DNA of 64,000 nucleotides from Eledone cirrhosa (lineage: Eukaryota), in contig OZ024743.1 in the NCBI GenBank assembly GCA_964016885.1, forward strand, positions 53,010,001 to 53,074,000, written 5' to 3'. Made by a program: the position numbers and the translations under genes. Under the pieces are notes generated by a model. It did not search any database, was not told where the DNA came from, and saw only the letters and a list, made by a program, of their open reading frames with translations. Shown in pieces: positions 1-12,042 of this stretch; positions within the stretch are counted from its first letter, which is position 1; each line of letters begins with the position of its first letter.

Positions 1-370
1 CAACTCTGATGGTATCCAATGATGTTGACTTGTTCTTCTTTTTGGTAAATATCATCTTGGTTAAGAGAGTGGGACTGGCTTTGTGCAGTGCCTTTGCTCA
101 CTATAAAAGCTTCACGGCACAGGCATTGCTTTGTATCTGGAGATCTCTCTGCACTTGTCGTCACATGGTACCAAAGGTAAAGCACTATGTGTCAATAATT
201 GTCACATGGTACCATGGGCCCAGCACTATGTCACAAGTGTAGTGTTTGTACCAGAGTTTTCAAGTCGCTGGCTGGACTAAAAAGTCACACTCGTTCAGTG
301 CATCGGTAGGAGTTCTTCTACATGGATATAAAGTAGTGGCCGTACTCGAAAACGAGTTGGCAGCCACCAT
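1..370. repeat. Unclassified ~340-bp dispersed repeat flanked by (TATG)n; other copies at 1461-1529 (partial), 1911-2250, 45707-46050 (inverted) and 48570-48960 (partial)
   Basis: Near-identical text (gatgttgacttgttcttc...catggtaccatgggcccagc...gtactcgaaaacgagttggcag) at these positions; the ORF track gives matching spurious peptides. Confidence 0.85.
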
Positions 371-392
371 GTATGTATGTATGTATGTATGT

Positions 393-1372
393 TATCTTTT
401 TCTCTTCATTTCGAGTATATTTTTTTGACCGGCCACCTTCCTGGTGGCAAGGTTGTAAAAGAAAAGAAATTGTCATCCCTTGAATCCTAAGAATGTTTTG
501 CAAATTTTGAAGATGCCAGCTATTGCAGCCATTTGTAGACTATGAATTAGGGAGCTGCGCTCTTTGTCCGCAAATCCAAGTTCAGTCATACTTTGGTCCA
601 AGCAGGTTGGTATATAACCCGTAGCTCCAATAATGATGGGTATGAAGCTAAAGGTGTATCTTGGATACTGGATTTGTAAACTCCTCATCAATGGTCCGTA
701 GATGTCCTCCTTCTCCTGTATTTTTCTGACAACGTTTACATCAAGTGGGCAGCTGATCTCCACAACAGAACACCTTTTCAATGTGTGGTCCCAAACAACA
801 ATATCAGGCTGGTTGTGCTTTAATTTGGTGGCAGTTTTTATTTTCAGGTTCCACCAGTATTCCTTATTGCCATCTGTCTCAATATATTCTTCCTCGTTTG
901 TTGTTAATTTTGTTTTCCGAAGTGCGTTCCAGATGGTTCTAGATATCCCATCGTGTCTCATGGGGAGGTAGTAGTGAGATGACATTCTTTCGCGGCTGGC
1001 AACAATGTGGCTTACATCCTCGATCTTTGTTTTACATAGCCTACATTTATTGTCAGCTGATGGCCCTCCCCTTTTGTGCAGCAGATATTTGGTATGGAGT
1101 TCTTGTTCCTGTATTGCAGAGAGATATCCCTCAAGGTGTGATGTCATAAACTTGTCTGAACTCCATGCCAGGCTTTTTGACTGGTTTATCCCCTCTATGG
1201 TCTGTGTTTTACGTCTCAAGTATGCATACACAACTTTTTCTGTAAATTGGTCAATTTTTTCATCTTGTTTGAACATTGAATAGGATCTTCCGATTTCTCT
1301 GGGTGAGAGATTTATATCAGGCTTTATTCCATATCTCTCCTCCAGATCAGTGGCTATTCTAATGATATTTTG
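393..1372 (-). mobile_element. 5'-truncated R4/Dong-like non-LTR retrotransposon (CCHC finger + restriction-like endonuclease) inserted in (CATA)n
   Basis: ORF 473-1453: CRLC...HIV...RHD, PDIVVWD...VVEISCP...KIQEK (PD-(D/E)xK). The N-terminal HTYI run is only the flanking microsatellite; (TATG)n lies on both sides. Confidence 0.85.
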
Positions 1373-1529
1373 TGTATGTATGTATGTATGTATGTATGTA
1401 TGTATGTATGTATGTATGTATGTATGTATGTATGTATGTATGTATGTATGCATGTATGTATGTCGTCACATGGTACCATGGGCCCAGCACTATGTGTCAA
1501 TAATTGTCACAAGTGTAGTGTTTGTACCA

Positions 1530-1828
1530 GATCGATTGTGAAGACATGATCGATTATCACTGATCTCATTAGGTGGAAATGAATTGTCTTCAAATTCTTG
1601 ATATGAGGGAGAAAAATAACGATGTTTTTTCACAGAATTCATTCCCTCATATTATGTGAGAGAACATCGTTATTCTTCTCCCTCATATCAAGAATTTGAA
1701 GACAATTCATTTTCACCTGATGAGATCAGTGATAATCGATCATGGCTTCACAATCGATCTATCTCTTATTGAAACATGTGCCGTGATTAAATGATTGGAA
1801 TTTTACCTTGCCTTCGGATTTTCATTTT
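1530..1828 (+). mobile_element. Fold-back PLE terminal repeat (pLTR) with hammerhead motif at 1713-1786
   Basis: Inverted arms ~1530-1635 / 1655-1760; tcac-CTGATGA...GAAAC-atgt-GCC-gtga (cleavage triplet mutated here, GTT in the 46149-46222 copy). Confidence 0.7.
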
Positions 1829-1829
1829 G

Positions 1830-1860
<31 letters not shown>

Positions 1861-2270
1861 TGTATGTATGTATGTATGTATGTATGTATGTATGTATGTA
1901 TGTATGTATATGCAACCGTGATGATATCCAATGATGTTGACTTGTTCTTCTTTTTGGTAAATATCATCTTGGTTAAGAGAGTGGGACTGGCTTTGTGCAG
2001 TGCCTTTGCTCACTATAAAAGCTTCACGGCACAGGCATTGCTTTATATCTGGAGATCTCTCTGCACTTGTCATCACATGGTACCATGGGCCCAGCACTAT
2101 GTGTCAATAATTGTCACAAGTGAAGTGTTTGTACCAGAGTTTTCAAGTCGCTGGCTGGACAAAAAAGTCACACTCGTTCAGCGCATCGGTAGGGGTTCTC
2201 CTACATGGATATAAAGTAGTGGCCGTACTCGAAAACGAGTTGGCAGACACCATATATACGTATGTATGTA

Positions 2271-2582
2271 AAGGCGCGTGGCTTTTGTGGTTAGATAATG
2301 CAGCTCACGATCGTAAAGTTGTGAGTTCCCGGTGGTGCGTTGTGTCCTTGAGCAAGACACTTTATTTCACGTTGCTCCAGTCCACTCAGCTGGCAAAAAA
2401 TGAGTTGTACCTATAATTTGAAGGGCCAGCCTTGTCATATTCTGTGTCACGCTGAATCTTCCTGAGAAATACGTTAAGGGTACGCGTGTTTGTGGAATAC
2501 TCAGCCACTTGCACGTTAATTTCACGAGCAGGCTGTTCCGTTGATCAACTAGAACACTCGTCGTCGTAACCGACGGAGTGCC
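2271..2582 (+). mobile_element. tRNA-derived SINE with CORE-like segment
   Basis: A-box-like TGGCTTTTGTGG, degenerate B-box, tgtgtccttgagcaagacacttta core shared with the SINEs at 4725 and 52545. Confidence 0.75.
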
Positions 2583-2719
2583 TTCCATTCCATGTATGTA
2601 TGAACCTGTAATTCGTGATAAAGTCATAGGGACGCCATAGTGACGACATACAACGTGTCTCAGTCATTTTAGAAAACTGACGGAACCCCTCTGCAGGCCT
2701 GGTCACAGCTGGTTTCTTC

Positions 2720-2890
2720 AAGAGAATGAGAGAGTGGGAAAGAGATATACAGTAAAGGAGAAATTGACTCCAGTATTGGACTGGTAATTTCTTTTTATTA
2801 TCCTTGAAAGAATGAAAGGTAAAGTTGAACTGGGTTTGGGCGCAGAGAGTCGACATGAATACCGCAAAGAATTCCATTCGTCGCTCTACC
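2720..2890 (-). mobile_element. Diverged SINE of the family at 31494-31686
   Basis: Reverse complement contains tcggtagag...ttcaactttacctttcattc...gataataaaaagaaattaccagt. Confidence 0.55.
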
Positions 2891-3133
2891 GACTCGGTCA
2901 ATTCACCGGAAATTTTGAAAGTAGGTTTATAAGATTTTCGTAGTTATCTCTGTGGCCTAGCGGTAGGTACTAGACATGGTGGAGATCCTGGCCTTGGATT
3001 CAATCCAGCTCAACAGGTACATGCAACGGTAGTGAATGCTGAAGAAAACTTTGCAGAAATGATGGAAAAAATTAACATAAATTAAAATACATGCTTTACC
3101 GATTTTAGCTACTTTTGACTTTGTACATTACCG

Positions 3134-3582
3134 TATTATTGGTGTATATATTTCAATTACAGTAATTGGTGTATATATTTCTATTACAGTATTATTGGTG
3201 TATATATTTCTATTACAGTATTATTGGTGTATATATTTCAATTACAGTATTATTGGTGTATATATTTCTATTACAGTATTATTGGTGGATATATTTCAAT
3301 TACAGTATTATTGGTGTATATATTTCTATTACAGTAATTGGTGTATATATTTCTATTACAGTAATTGGTGTATATATTTCTATTACAGTATTATTGGTGT
3401 ATATATTTCTATTACAGTATTATTGGTGTATATATTTCTATTACAGTATTATTGGTGTATATATTTCTATTACAGTATTATTGGTGTATATATTTCTATT
3501 ACAGTATTATTGGTGTATATATTTCTATTACAGTATTATTGGTGGATATATTTCTATTACAGTATTATTGGTGTATATATTT
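3134..3582. repeat. 29-bp minisatellite (tattattggtgtatatatttctattacag), ~15 copies
   Basis: Direct tandem repetition; the overlapping ORFs are repeat artefacts. Confidence 0.95.
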
Positions 3583-3748
3583 GCATTAGAGATGTTTAAA
3601 CCTTGAAATTACCGATACTCTTGATACACAAGAACTACCTTGATTTATAAGATATTGCGGAGATTGTAATGTGTATGTTTATTAAAATCTGAAATATTTC
3701 TGTTCATTGTGGATTTAGTTATAATCCCAATGAAGACATCCACACAGC

Positions 3749-4320
<572 letters not shown>

Positions 4321-4327
<7 letters not shown>

Positions 4328-4691
4328 ACTAGAAATTGATTAACATATAAATAAACATGAATAATCACTGCAGATAATTTTTACAAGTGTGTAAGCACAC
4401 ATAGCTAGGTAGGTAACTAAATAAAGTTAACCAGAACTTCAAAAATACTATTATAAGGTATCTATTTTTGAAGTTCTGGTTAACTTTATCTAGTTACCTA
4501 CCTAGCTATGTGTGCTTACACACTTGTAAAAATTATCTGCAGTGATTATTCATGTTTATTTATATGTTAATCAATTTCTAGTTATTATAAAATGCTCGGA
4601 TCTATTCGTTAGAATCTTAGAGCTTATTTTGCGGGCGATATGGCGCATGTCTTTCTGGCATGACACCCATCATTTTGATTATCTTAATTTT

Positions 4692-4692
<1 letters not shown>
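4321..4692 (+). repeat. Fold-back element (arms 4321-4447 / 4463-4589) with unique tail, in (TA)n; probably PLE-derived
   Basis: ~125-bp inverted arms seen directly; same architecture as the HHR-bearing pLTR fold-backs. Confidence 0.7.
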
Positions 4693-4724
<32 letters not shown>

Positions 4725-4725
<1 letters not shown>

Positions 4726-4944
4726 TTAGTCGATCGACTTTCGTCAAATCGGACCGAGGAAACAATGTTTTCGTCGGTCTTTCCAGTTGCTAATACTATC
4801 TATCGGTCGCAACTCCAGGTAGAAGGAGCAACGTGAAATAAAGTGTCTTGCTCAAGGACATAACGCATCGCCCGGTCCAGGAATCGAACTCACAATCTCA
4901 AGATTGTGAATCCAATTCTCTACCCACTCAGCCACACGCCTTCA
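4725..4944 (-). mobile_element. tRNA-derived SINE
   Basis: Minus strand has TGGCTGAGTGG (A box), GTTCGATTCC (B box) and CORE-like tgtccttgagcaagacac; closely related copy at 52545-52760. Confidence 0.8.
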
Positions 4945-4954
4945 CTAATATATA

Positions 4955-6070
4955 TATATGTGTGCATGTATGTATATGTATACATACTACTGTACGTCTG
5001 TATACATATATGTATGTACGTATACATACTTATATATATATATACATGGAAAAAATGAAACGAAATTTCATTTCTCACTCTTAGTACGGCTGTTACTTAA
5101 ATATCAGTATGTATACGTACATACATATATGTATACAGACGTACAGTAGTATGTATACATACACATATATATATATGTACGTATGGATTCACCGAACATT
5201 TATTATAATGCTCGGTTTGTTTGTAAACAAACATCCCGAATTAAGCCGTACTGTGCTTAGCAACCATCGTTGCCCTTTTGTTCAACACTGACAAAGGAAC
5301 GATGTACTAGTTTCAAGCTTATTAGCTATCGTCAGCACCGTATACCTTCCTGCCAGATGATTGAACGTCTGAAAGTATATACTTTCCTTATGCATATTTA
5401 CGGCTGAGCAGCCTAATTTGCATATCGAGTGAGTTAATCGGCCGGGCGCATCGAAAACGATAAATGAAAAAAAATGAAACGAAATTTCATTTCTCACTCT
5501 TAGTACGGCTGTTACTTAAATATCAGTATGTATACGTACATACATATATGTATACAGACGTACAGTAGTATGTATACATATACATACATGCACACATATA
5601 TTTATATGTACGTATGGATTCACCGAACATTTATTATAATGCTCGGTTTGTTTGTAAACAAACATCCCGAATTAAGTCGTACATTATTTAGCAACCATCG
5701 TTGCCCTTTTGCGCCCGGCCGATTAACTCACTCGATATGCAAATTAGGCTACTCAGCCGTTAATATGCATAAGGAAAGTATATACTTTCAGACGTTCAAT
5801 CATCTAGCAGGAAAGTATACGGTGCTGACGATAGCTAATAATCTTGAAACTAGTACATCGTTCCTTTGTCAGTGTTGAAAAAAAGGGTAACGATGGTTGC
5901 TAAACACTGTACGGCTTAATTCGGGATGTTTGTTTACAAACAAACCGAGCATTATAATAAATGTTCGGTGAATCCATACGTACATATATATATATGTGTG
6001 TGCATGTATGTATATGTATACATACTACTGTACGTCTGTATACATATATGTATGTACGTATACATACTTA
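4955..6070. repeat. Rearranged cluster of ~420-bp retrozyme-like monomers with HHRs at 5300-5340 (-) and 5820-5860 (+)
   Basis: cggtg-CTGACGA-tagct-aata-agctt-GAAAC-TA-GTA-catcg; period ~419 bp (5056 to 5475); orientation flips at ~5710; homologous to the 43.2-45.3 kb array. Confidence 0.8.
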
Positions 6071-6136
6071 TATATATATATATATACACATACACATATA
6101 TATATATATGTACACATATACATATATATATATGTA

Positions 6137-6230
<94 letters not shown>

Positions 6231-6249
6231 TATATATATACACATATAC

Positions 6250-6290
<41 letters not shown>

Positions 6291-6321
6291 TATACATATA
6301 TATGTATATATATATATATAT

Positions 6322-6707
6322 AGTGAAAAATGGAACGGGAACAAAACAGAGAGGCAGTACGAACAAAGGTTTATTAGTTTCACGCTCTTGAGAGTGGAGA
6401 GGGGGGGGGGACGTTTCGGGCATAAGCCCTTCTTCAGGCGAAAAGTGAAAAGTGTGTGGGAAGAGAGTTCCGAGGGTGTGTGGGGGAGTGGAGGAGAGAC
6501 ATTTAGAAAAAAGGGGGGAAGAGGAAAGGGAGGAAAAACGGTGGAAGGGGTACAAATAAAAATAAATATAAAAAAAATAAAAATAAACATGAAGAGAAAC
6601 AAGTGGTGGAAGAGTGTGGGGCGTGTAGGGGTGGTGGTGGGTGGAGTGGGGAGAGGGAGGCGGGTGTCCGAGCGGGAGGGCTGAAGGTGGTGTATGTGTG
6701 TAGGTGT

Positions 6708-6773
<66 letters not shown>

Positions 6774-6960
6774 ATGAGATTTGGGGGAAGAACGAGGTTC
6801 CATGTTCAGGAAAAGGTGTGTGTGTGGGGTGTGGTGTAGGTCGGTGTGGGTGTGCGCGTGTGGATGGGGAGGGGTCAGAGGGGTGGGAAGAGGATTCCGG
6901 AGGCTGAGTGTGTATATATGTGCGGGTACGCACGTGTGTGTGGTGTTTATACATATTGTG
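6322..6960 (-). mobile_element. Solo 3' UTR/pLTR of the Neptune-type PLE family, with minimal HHR-like motif at ~6410-6440
   Basis: Similar to 30430-31087; CTGAAGAagggcttatgcccGAAACGTC on the minus strand. Confidence 0.75.
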
Positions 6961-7299
6961 GATGTATCTTGTCGTTTGTTACTTAAGTTTATCTTGTCTG
7001 TAACTTAATTTTATCTTGTCGTCTGTTACTTAAGTTTATTTAAACGTGACGAACGTGTTTATTTCTTCTTCCCATTTACAGTGGCTTACATGTTTTATTA
7101 ACACGATATGTTTCTATTTCTTGCTTTGTTTACTTCCGTTCTTTGTTTCATTCATGTCTCGTGCTATATGAGGCACCAAACCTTTTCCCCGAGGCCACAC
7201 AAAGTTCTATGTGTGTTTAGCTTAATTGTTATAAATTAATGCTTTGTCTCTCGTCTCTTTCCGTTCGTTGTCTAGTCCTCTCTTTGTTAATTTCCTTAA

Positions 7300-7520
7300 C
7301 CCTTTAGCATTTAAACCGTCCATATCCGGTCAGAATTCTCTCACCTCTTTCTGTTTAAACCAGCCATAACTGGCCACTCATACTGATATTAAGGTATTGT
7401 TCTCAAAATAAATAATATCAAAATCTCATAGATTCGATATTATGTGAGATAATTATGTGAGGTAAACACTTTACCATGAAAATATAATAGTATATATAGA
7501 GTAATGTAAATGCTAAAGGG
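7300..7520. mobile_element. piggyBac-like MITE
   Basis: TTAA|ccctttagcattta ... taaatgctaaaggg|TTAA: 14-bp TIRs and a TTAA target-site duplication. Confidence 0.8.
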
Positions 7521-7770
7521 TTAAATATATATATATATATCCCAGTGGCGTGTATGCCTAAGAAACAAGTAAGCATTTCTTAGCATATATCTCAGCTCAT
7601 CATCATATCATCTATTGCTTTTACTCAATGGGACTGGGGTCATTCTGGTCCCTGGGGCATCATTGTATGTAGAGCCGACCAGATCTACCACCATATAAAG
7701 TTTATAATTTATTTAATTATCTAACCACTTTTGGGGGTTTATCATTTTCACTGATGCATTCATATGTTAC

Positions 7771-7772
<2 letters not shown>

Positions 7773-7830
<58 letters not shown>

Positions 7831-7836
7831 GAGAGG

Positions 7837-7899
<63 letters not shown>
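7773..7899. repeat. (GA)n microsatellite
   Basis: Direct. Confidence 0.95.
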
Positions 7900-7903
<4 letters not shown>

Positions 7904-8033
7904 AGGAGAATGGGGTGAGAGAGGACGAGAGATTAGAAACTAGTGTGTTGGTCATGTCGACTCACGTTGGGGCATTGACCAGTATTGCCATTACGGTCAA
8001 GAAGCTACTTCACTAATTTTCACTTTTCACCAA

Positions 8034-8111
<78 letters not shown>

Positions 8112-8684
8112 TCATGCACAACACATAATACATGGTTAATTAGTAATATTTCACCTCTTCTTCACAAATAATAATAGTAATAATAATAATAATAATAATA
8201 ATGTTTTCTTTATTAACCACAAGTGTTTACATAAAGTAGACATTAAGGACAGTACAGGACAATACAGGACGGTACAAATGGGCATTTCTGCGTGTAAAAA
8301 AAACAGAGGATGAAATAAAATAACAAAATAATAATAATAATAATGTTTTCTTTATTAACCACAAGGGTTTACATAAAGTAGACATTAAGGAGAGTACAGG
8401 ACAATACAGGACGGTACAAATGGGCATTTCTGCGTGTAAAAAAAACAGAGGATGTAATAAAATAACAAAGAAAAATTCCCCAATAGGGGGGAGACTTCCG
8501 AGGGACATTTGTGGAGAAAGCCCATTAAAAGACCACAGTGACCCTGACCACCAGGGCAAGTGCCCTCTCCCAGTTTTCCACCTTTAATTTACAGACACAT
8601 ACTCAGAGAAGGCCCATTCATTCGGGCCATACTTGCTTCTCTCACCCATCTTTCAATAAAATGCTGGGAAGAGAGCACTTCCCT

Positions 8685-11600
8685 CTATACCCTGATTTTC
8701 CTTTTCAAATGAAATTTGAAAAAGTTAATCAGGGCATCACCGTAGAGGTAAGTGCTCGTCTTCAGCCCTTTCAAACGTGTCCTCCATACTATCTCTTTCG
8801 CCATGGCCACCAGACAGATAAAAACTGCCTGCCCTTCCCGGCTAAAGGAAGAGGGTGGGGCAATCCTCACGATGGACTCAGCTGATAGCTGGATCCGTCC
8901 TACACATGACAGCAGGTGTTCGACATAAACCCACAAGTCAGCAATGCTCGGACACTGGACGAGTGCGTGCAGGACGGTTTCGTCTCCCTGCGCGCATCTC
9001 GGACATGCCCGGCTGACGGCACCGCCATGCCTGTAGAGTTTATCCCGAACTGGCAAAGCTCCCCGGTAGCACTGCCAGGCCAGGGATTTCTGGAAGTTGT
9101 CCATAGGCCCCGGCCCGAAAGTCCTTCCGAAGAGATTGGCTAGTTGATTTTCGTCGACGCCTAGAGTTTCTCCAAGTACGTCGTCGCTCTTCCCCTCCAC
9201 TAATCCCCTATAGAACGCCAAGGTGGAGTTTCCACCGATCACATTGCCCGATTGGTCGAGGGCTGTGAGCGCCTGAAGACATTCCAGTCTCCAAGCGCTC
9301 CCTCTCAGTCTTCGCTTGACCCAGGACTGCAGCTCCGTCAAGGAGACGAGCTGGGGAAAAACGTGTCTAGCAAACGGCGACCACACCTGATCACCGTCGA
9401 GGAAGAGGTGGAGATGTCGTAGCCTGAGCGCGTGTCTGCGCATCATCAGCCACGGCATGCCCAGCCCTCCACGTAGCGGGTGTTGACAGCAGATGGACCG
9501 CCTGACCATCGGAGCGCGTCCCTTCCACAAGAAGCGAAAGAGCAAACGCTCCAGCGCAGTCAGGCGGGGCTTAGGACAAAGTACGACGGTCAGGCGGTAG
9601 TAGATGACAGACGCGATGTACGCGTTAGCCACCTCCGCTCGACCTTTCAGGGATAGCTTCCTCTCGGCCCATTTCTGGGTGAGAGAAGCCACCCTGCTCG
9701 TCACCTCGTCCCAGTTTTTGTCAGTCTGGAGGTCTGGACCGAACCAGACCCCTAGCAATTTAACCGGTCCGTCCGTCCAGCGCCCGACGACGCTGTTGGA
9801 CGGCATGGACCTTCCTCTCCAGGTGCCGTGCTGCAGGCCCACTGACTTTTCCTGGTTGATCATTGCTCCTGTCACCGCTTCGTATTCTCTTAGTGTAGTG
9901 CCGATCGCCTCGATGTGTTTGGCGTTCGACACCACTACGGTGACATCGTCCGCATATGCTGACACGGATCTTCCGCATCCTAGTTCGCGCGGGACCCCCC
10001 TCAACGTCTCCAGTTTGTGCAGTAATGGCTCGAGAGTCAATACGTACAATAGGGACGAGATGGGACATCCTTGGCGGACCGAGCGCATGATGTTGAACGG
10101 TTCCGAAAGGTGACCGTTCACTCTCACTACAGAGCAGATGTCGCTGTGCATGGCAGCGATCCAGCCTCTGAAGACGGGCCCAAAGCCAGCCGCCCTCAGG
10201 ACTGCCGTTAGGTAACGATGGTCGACCCTATCGAAGCCTTTCGACTGATCTAAATTGATCAAAGACCCACCCGTGCCAGGTTCCCTAGCTACCCTCTCTA
10301 CGATGTATCGCATGAGGTGGAGGTTGTCGTGGATGGATCTGTCGGGAATGGCGCATGTCTGTGCCTCTCCCACCAGACCACCAACGACAAGCGCCAACCT
10401 CTTTGCTAGCACCTTGGCCAAAATCTTGAACTCTGTGTTTAGCAGAGTTATGGGCCTAAAATTATCTATGTTATCCCCCTTGTTCGGATCCTTTCTCAGC
10501 AGCGCCACCGCTCCTCGGCTCACAGAGCTGGGAATTCTCCCGTTCTGTTGCCAGTTGCAGTAGACGTCCGCCAAGAGGCCTCCGAACAAGTTTGGCATTT
10601 GTACGTAAAGTTCATAGGGCAGACCATCCAAACCAGGCGATTTACCCCTTGTGCAACTAGTCATTGCATCCCGTACTTCAGCGGTTGTTATCGGCTTTTC
10701 GCAACACTCCGCTTCAGTGGCCGAAAGCCGCGGCAGTCCGTCGAGGTAAACACTAAAGTCCATCCCTCGATCCGACCCGCCACTGCCCCCGAACAGTTGA
10801 GCGAAGTGTCGCTGAAAAGCTTCACACATTTGCCCGGGATCGAGTAGCATGCGCCCGTCGTGGTCCACCAAAGACCGGATCGTGGCTTTGTTTCCACGAC
10901 GCGCCTCCGCCACTCGGGCGCATTGAACGGCTTTCATCCCCTCGTGTCTGAGAGCACGCACCCTAGCTCTGACAACGCAGCCTTCGTGCTTTGCATTGAA
11001 GAATTGGTCAAGGGCCAATTTCGCCGCAAGTACGTCGGTCGCGATGCCTTTGCTAAGCGCCTCATCTAATTTTCTAACTAATTCTCCCTCTGCTCTATTT
11101 TTCTCTATTGCTAAAGTCTTACTAAACCTAATGGACTCTATTCTAATTGCTTTTTTCAGAGCAAACCACCACTTGTTGTTGACGATGGCCCCCGTCAACG
11201 CCCGCTTAACTAGTTCGCTAATCCGGTCTCTGTAGGCCTTGCGCGCTGGTAAGGACGCGTTTAGCTTCCAGTAGCCGGGTCCTCGTCTATGAAGCCTATC
11301 TAAGTCAAGCACACAGATCACGAATTTGTGGTCCGTGTAGCTGACTATCTTGAATTGTGGACAGCCTATGCTAGACCTATCTATTTCCCTACAAAATACT
11401 CTATCTAGATATGATCTGGATGACCCTATGCGATTTGTCCAAGTCCACATTGGTACATTCGGGAAATCCATTCGGTACCTGTCAGACAGTTCAAAACGTC
11501 TGAGCAGGTTGGTGAGACTCTTGCACCCTCCTTCCCTATCCACTAATCCCACACAATCCCAGCGTGCATCTAAGATCCCGTTCCAGTCGCCCACTAACAC

Positions 11601-12008
11601 TAAAGAGCGGGACGTTCCAAGAAAGGTCTCCAGACGCCGGAAGAAATCAGGCCGCCCTGCTCCTGTCGGGGCATAGACGGCCACTAACCTGAAAGCTTGC
11701 CCGTCTCCGCTGGTCACGTCCAGCACCACCAACTTACCTTCTGGGTCCAGGAAGATGGCCCGTATGGCAAGATCCAAACCTCTCCGAAAAAGCACAGCAA
11801 CTCCTCCCCCCGATCCCGGACGGCTGGGAGATGCGTACACATCGTAGCCGCCGAAGATCGGTGCGAAAGCCTGTGCTTCGGAGATTCTGGTCTCGCTGAT
11901 GGCCACTACATCTATGTTTAGTGACCTGAGGTCGTTGAGCAGGTGGCCCTGCTTCCATGACGACCCCAAGCCACGCGCATTTATGCTGCCTATTCTGAGT
12001 GAGGTCAT
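8685..12008 (-). CDS. Tx1-like ORF2: AP endonuclease + reverse transcriptase + C-terminal CCHC finger (1107 aa)
   Basis: SINARGL, SET, GDWN, YLDR, TDH (APE); PGLDG, FRPITLL, QGCP, YADD (RT); CPRC...HALVQC. The stop is ~20 codons early relative to the second copy. Confidence 0.92.
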   Translation of the reverse strand: MTSLRIGSINARGLGSSWKQGHLLNDLRSLNIDVVAISETRISEAQAFAPIFGGYDVYASPSRPGSGGGVAVLFRRGLDLAIRAIFLDPEGKLVVLDVTSGDGQAFRLVAVYAPTGAGRPDFFRRLETFLGTSRSLVLVGDWNGILDARWDCVGLVDREGGCKSLTNLLRRFELSDRYRMDFPNVPMWTWTNRIGSSRSYLDRVFCREIDRSSIGCPQFKIVSYTDHKFVICVLDLDRLHRRGPGYWKLNASLPARKAYRDRISELVKRALTGAIVNNKWWFALKKAIRIESIRFSKTLAIEKNRAEGELVRKLDEALSKGIATDVLAAKLALDQFFNAKHEGCVVRARVRALRHEGMKAVQCARVAEARRGNKATIRSLVDHDGRMLLDPGQMCEAFQRHFAQLFGGSGGSDRGMDFSVYLDGLPRLSATEAECCEKPITTAEVRDAMTSCTRGKSPGLDGLPYELYVQMPNLFGGLLADVYCNWQQNGRIPSSVSRGAVALLRKDPNKGDNIDNFRPITLLNTEFKILAKVLAKRLALVVGGLVGEAQTCAIPDRSIHDNLHLMRYIVERVAREPGTGGSLINLDQSKGFDRVDHRYLTAVLRAAGFGPVFRGWIAAMHSDICSVVRVNGHLSEPFNIMRSVRQGCPISSLLYVLTLEPLLHKLETLRGVPRELGCGRSVSAYADDVTVVVSNAKHIEAIGTTLREYEAVTGAMINQEKSVGLQHGTWRGRSMPSNSVVGRWTDGPVKLLGVWFGPDLQTDKNWDEVTSRVASLTQKWAERKLSLKGRAEVANAYIASVIYYRLTVVLCPKPRLTALERLLFRFLWKGRAPMVRRSICCQHPLRGGLGMPWLMMRRHALRLRHLHLFLDGDQVWSPFARHVFPQLVSLTELQSWVKRRLRGSAWRLECLQALTALDQSGNVIGGNSTLAFYRGLVEGKSDDVLGETLGVDENQLANLFGRTFGPGPMDNFQKSLAWQCYRGALPVRDKLYRHGGAVSRACPRCAQGDETVLHALVQCPSIADLWVYVEHLLSCVGRIQLSAESIVRIAPPSSFSREGQAVFICLVAMAKEIVWRTRLKGLKTSTYLYGDALINFFKFHLKRKIRV

Positions 12009-12042
12009 GTTGAAAAGGAGTGGAAAAGATGGGAAAGACCAC

